Of a stretch of DNA of 64,000 nt, positions 56,688 through 64,000 are shown piece by piece (position 1 is the stretch's first letter; each line of letters begins with the position of its first letter). Where the stretch lies: sequence record PP886230.1. The stretch is one strand, 5' to 3'. The notes beneath the pieces were generated by a model. The model was not told the origin of the DNA and did not search any database. It saw only the letters and a list, made by a program, of their open reading frames with translations. A program made the position numbers and the translations under genes.

Positions 56688-56772
56688 TGTTAATCTCCAA
56701 TCTTATTGTTATTTTTATAAAGTATTTACCCATTTTTACGTTTTACATAGTTTATATGGAGAAAGAAGTAAT

Positions 56773-58075
<1,303 letters not shown>

Positions 58076-58102
58076 CTTGAAATGTAAAAATCAGTCGAGG
58101 GA

Positions 58103-59446
58103 ATGATGAGTAAAATTAAGCTTACGGATAAGCAACAAGAAATCTTTGATGATTTTATAGATCGTGTTTACAACTATGCAGGTAAGACCATTTCGGTTTT
58201 GTCTGCCCCAGCAGGAACTGGAAAAACATTCACTACTGCTGAGATTGTAAAAGCACTATGTAAAAACTATAATATTGCAGTAACTTCACCTACACATAAA
58301 GCCAATGCTGTTATTCGTAATATGCTAATCAATAATGCTGGTCTTACTAAGGAAGATGCACAAGTTAGTACAATACACTCTTTTTTAGGACTAAAATTAG
58401 TATATGAAAAGAATCGTCAAGTACTGAAACATGATCCCCAAAGTAAAGTTAGTAATACTAACGTTGACATTCTTATTGTTGATGAGTGTAGTATGATTTC
58501 AGAAGAATTATTCCAACATATTCAGGATCAATTGTGGCGTGTCCGTCGAGCAGTTTTATTCATTGGTGATCGTTGTCAATTGCCCCCAGTTGAGTCCGAA
58601 GGTACAATGGGAGAGACTAAATTGTCTCCTACGTTTGATGTACCTGTTCAATATGAGTTAACTGAGGTTTTACGTCAAGCATTGGATAATCCGATTTTGG
58701 CAGTTGCAACTGCTATTCGAGAGTGTATTGGAACTAGTAAAAATCCATTTGATATTATGCATCAGACATATGGTTTAAGCACTATTACACCTATTGATGA
58801 TGAAGATTTATTTTTAGATGTTTATCGTGAATTTATTATGGAAAACAAGGGTTCATCTAAAAAAATATTTGATTTCGTAAATGAAAATAAAATCTTAGCA
58901 TATACTAACTATCGAGTTAATTTGGCTAATATTTACATTAGAAGTCAACTATTTGAAGTACCAGATGAATTTACTAAAGGTGAACCAATTGTTTTTGAAA
59001 GCATAACTGAGAATAGTCCATATGTAGTACAACAAATTATACAATGTCCTGAAGTGAAACGTGAAAGTTTTATGGGGATTGATTGTTGGCAATTCCGTTT
59101 ACCTAATGGTAGTTATATTTTAGGCGTAGGACCAGAAACAAGAATTGCAATGGACGAAAAACTAGATAAACTTGTTAAGGATATTGAGAAAAAAGAAATA
59201 AATCCATTGACAAAGAAACCATATATGTGGCAGGATTACTATGTAATAAAGAATAAATTGCATATTATCAATTATCCTTACGCAACAACTGTTCATAAAT
59301 CGCAAGGAAGTACTTTTGATAACATTTGGTTTGATACTGATTTTATTGAACGTATTGGTACAAATGATACTAAGTGTAGAATTTTATACACTGCCATGAC
59401 ACGTCCACGTTATAGTGTTATGTTGAGACAAAATGCACGATTCTAA
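58103..59446 (+). CDS. dda: SF1B helicase, Dda-like
   Basis: APAGTGKT, TSPTHKA, TIHSFL, VDECSM, GD..QLPPV, LRQ, YATTVHKSQGST, YTAMTR. Confidence 0.9.
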   Translation: MMSKIKLTDKQQEIFDDFIDRVYNYAGKTISVLSAPAGTGKTFTTAEIVKALCKNYNIAVTSPTHKANAVIRNMLINNAGLTKEDAQVSTIHSFLGLKLVYEKNRQVLKHDPQSKVSNTNVDILIVDECSMISEELFQHIQDQLWRVRRAVLFIGDRCQLPPVESEGTMGETKLSPTFDVPVQYELTEVLRQALDNPILAVATAIRECIGTSKNPFDIMHQTYGLSTITPIDDEDLFLDVYREFIMENKGSSKKIFDFVNENKILAYTNYRVNLANIYIRSQLFEVPDEFTKGEPIVFESITENSPYVVQQIIQCPEVKRESFMGIDCWQFRLPNGSYILGVGPETRIAMDEKLDKLVKDIEKKEINPLTKKPYMWQDYYVIKNKLHIINYPYATTVHKSQGSTFDNIWFDTDFIERIGTNDTKCRILYTAMTRPRYSVMLRQNARF

Positions 59447-59529
59447 AAGACTAAATGTTATACGTAAATATTTTTGATTTTTAATAATAAATAATCAAAA
59501 GTGTTTTGTATTATGGAGAAGAATATACA

Positions 59530-60096
59530 ATGAACAATTTACTACAAGTATTTAAAATTGAAGTTGCAGGGACGAACCTAGATAATATCCCATATTATAT
59601 GTATGGTGATTATGATTCATCTTCCCCAACAACCGCACCGACTGACCAGCAAACTATTGATAAGTCAATTGCACTTTTGCGTTACCTACAACTTTCTCGT
59701 TTGCTTTCAACTTATTCAGTACCAGTTTATAGCAATGTTGAATTTGCTACACCAGGAACTGCAAAAACGATTCCAACTGGTGCAACAATCACCGTTGGAT
59801 ATATTAGTTATCAACCTTTTCTTAGTACTTTGAGTGTTGCAGAACAAGCAGCACTAACTACTGAAGATATGAAAACAGCAAAAGCTGCTGAGATTATCCA
59901 AACACTAATCAATGATTCATTGAAAGGTAATGGCACTAATGCACTAGAAAATGAAGAAATTACTGTACAAAAAACCATACAACGTATCAAGAATGCTCTT
60001 ACTACGAGTACTGTTGATTTCATTGAGTATGAGAACGTGTATCTTAATGTTCCTTCTGTTTCTGATGCATCTGTAGTATCTTACGTTAAATTATAA
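59530..60096 (+). CDS. Probable virion structural protein
   Basis: 188 aa, Thr/Ala-rich; AATAAATA 59486-59493 upstream; GGAGA RBS. Confidence 0.6.
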   Translation: MNNLLQVFKIEVAGTNLDNIPYYMYGDYDSSSPTTAPTDQQTIDKSIALLRYLQLSRLLSTYSVPVYSNVEFATPGTAKTIPTGATITVGYISYQPFLSTLSVAEQAALTTEDMKTAKAAEIIQTLINDSLKGNGTNALENEEITVQKTIQRIKNALTTSTVDFIEYENVYLNVPSVSDASVVSYVKL

Positions 60097-60119
60097 TTTT
60101 ATAACATGGAGTTCTTGAC

Positions 60120-60314
60120 ATGACTGACAAAACATTTTATGATCGTATTATTGAAGACAAGGGAGTTTTTGATAAGGTAGTTTATGACCTAGAACTTATG
60201 ATCAAAGACGCACCGAACCCCCGTGTGCGAACCCAAGCAGAATTTGCAAAAACTTATCTTGTTCAAGTTCAAGCAATCTGTGAAGCAATTAAAAAACACA
60301 ATGATAGTGCTTGA
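60120..60314 (+). CDS. Hypothetical protein
   Basis: 64 aa, GGAG RBS. Confidence 0.65.
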   Translation: MTDKTFYDRIIEDKGVFDKVVYDLELMIKDAPNPRVRTQAEFAKTYLVQVQAICEAIKKHNDSA

Positions 60315-60339
60315 CAGAACTAATGTTCTATCCTATAAT
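60311..60339 (+). promoter_or_regulatory. Canonical sigma70 (early) promoter for infC/clpS-like genes
   Basis: TTGACA-N17-TATAAT, perfect consensus. Confidence 0.85.
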
Positions 60340-60383
60340 TACTATCGAACAAAACATTAAAATCATATTGGAGCTTTTATTAC

Positions 60384-61446
<1,063 letters not shown>

Positions 61447-61480
61447 AATATAGACTTAAAAACTCCAAGATTAGATATAT

Positions 61481-63623
<2,143 letters not shown>

Positions 63624-63624
<1 letters not shown>

Positions 63625-64000
63625 TGCCAAGTAAGAGTAAAAGTCAGGCTAAATTCTTCGCAGCCGCCGCACACAATCCAGAATTTGCAAAGAAAGCTGG
63701 AATTTCACAAAGTGCTGCTAAAGAATGGAATGCCGCTGATGAAAAGGAAGGAAATCTTAAAAAAAGTTCTAAACTTCCTAATAAAGTAAAAGAAGCAAGT
63801 ATGCGTAGTTTAGTCGATATTGTACAAGATGCAGAATTAGCTGATACAGACGACAGAACTTGTGATATAATGGATTCATGTGAAGACGACAAAGATAAGT
63901 TGGATGAAATGCCACAACGTTTCGATAGTTTTCAAGGTCAAGACCGAGACGAGTTTGTCGATAAAACTGCCGAAATGACAGGTAAGCACAACATGGTTAA
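63624..64000 (+). CDS. Hypothetical protein, truncated by window end
   Basis: MPSKSKSQAKFFAAAAHNPEFAKKAGI..., open to the last base; GGGAG RBS. Confidence 0.75.

Overview
AT-rich (about one-third GC by eye) segment of a T4-related jumbo myophage genome. The gene set and order are consistent with the RaK2/GAP32/PBECO4-type enterobacterial jumbo phages (inference, not a database hit). It holds much of the core genome. Transcription and recombination genes include a gp55-like late sigma factor, the gp47/gp46 nuclease and endonuclease VII. Structural genes include baseplate hub, tape-measure-like, portal, protease, scaffold, major capsid, tail fibre plus chaperone, and large terminase. Replication genes include a family B polymerase, clamp, T4-type RNase H, gp32, UvsX/Y/W, primase, helicase and Dda. 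Nucleotide metabolism is represented by NrdAB, DHFR, RNase HI and a MazG-like enzyme, and host-takeover genes by IF3, ClpS-like, YggL-like and GroES. No tRNA, rRNA or CRISPR array was seen. The most notable unexplained items are: (1) a ~490-nt promoter-driven, densely structured non-coding RNA candidate at 4753-5240, followed by ssDNA-type GNA/GA hairpins; (2) a 55-aa Hfq/Sm-like ORF missing from the ORF track (53649-53816); (3) an 11-copy phage-specific 'middle' promoter, YGRGACA-N16-TATAAT; (4) a 212-aa minimal DnaE-like polymerase core; (5) a catalytically degenerate terminase-ATPase paralogue directly upstream of terL; (6) roughly 4-fold over-representation of AGTACT; (7) late promoters buried in RBS-occluding hairpins; and (8) tandem T4-T-like holins, one of them frameshifted. 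All homology calls come from motif recognition by eye.
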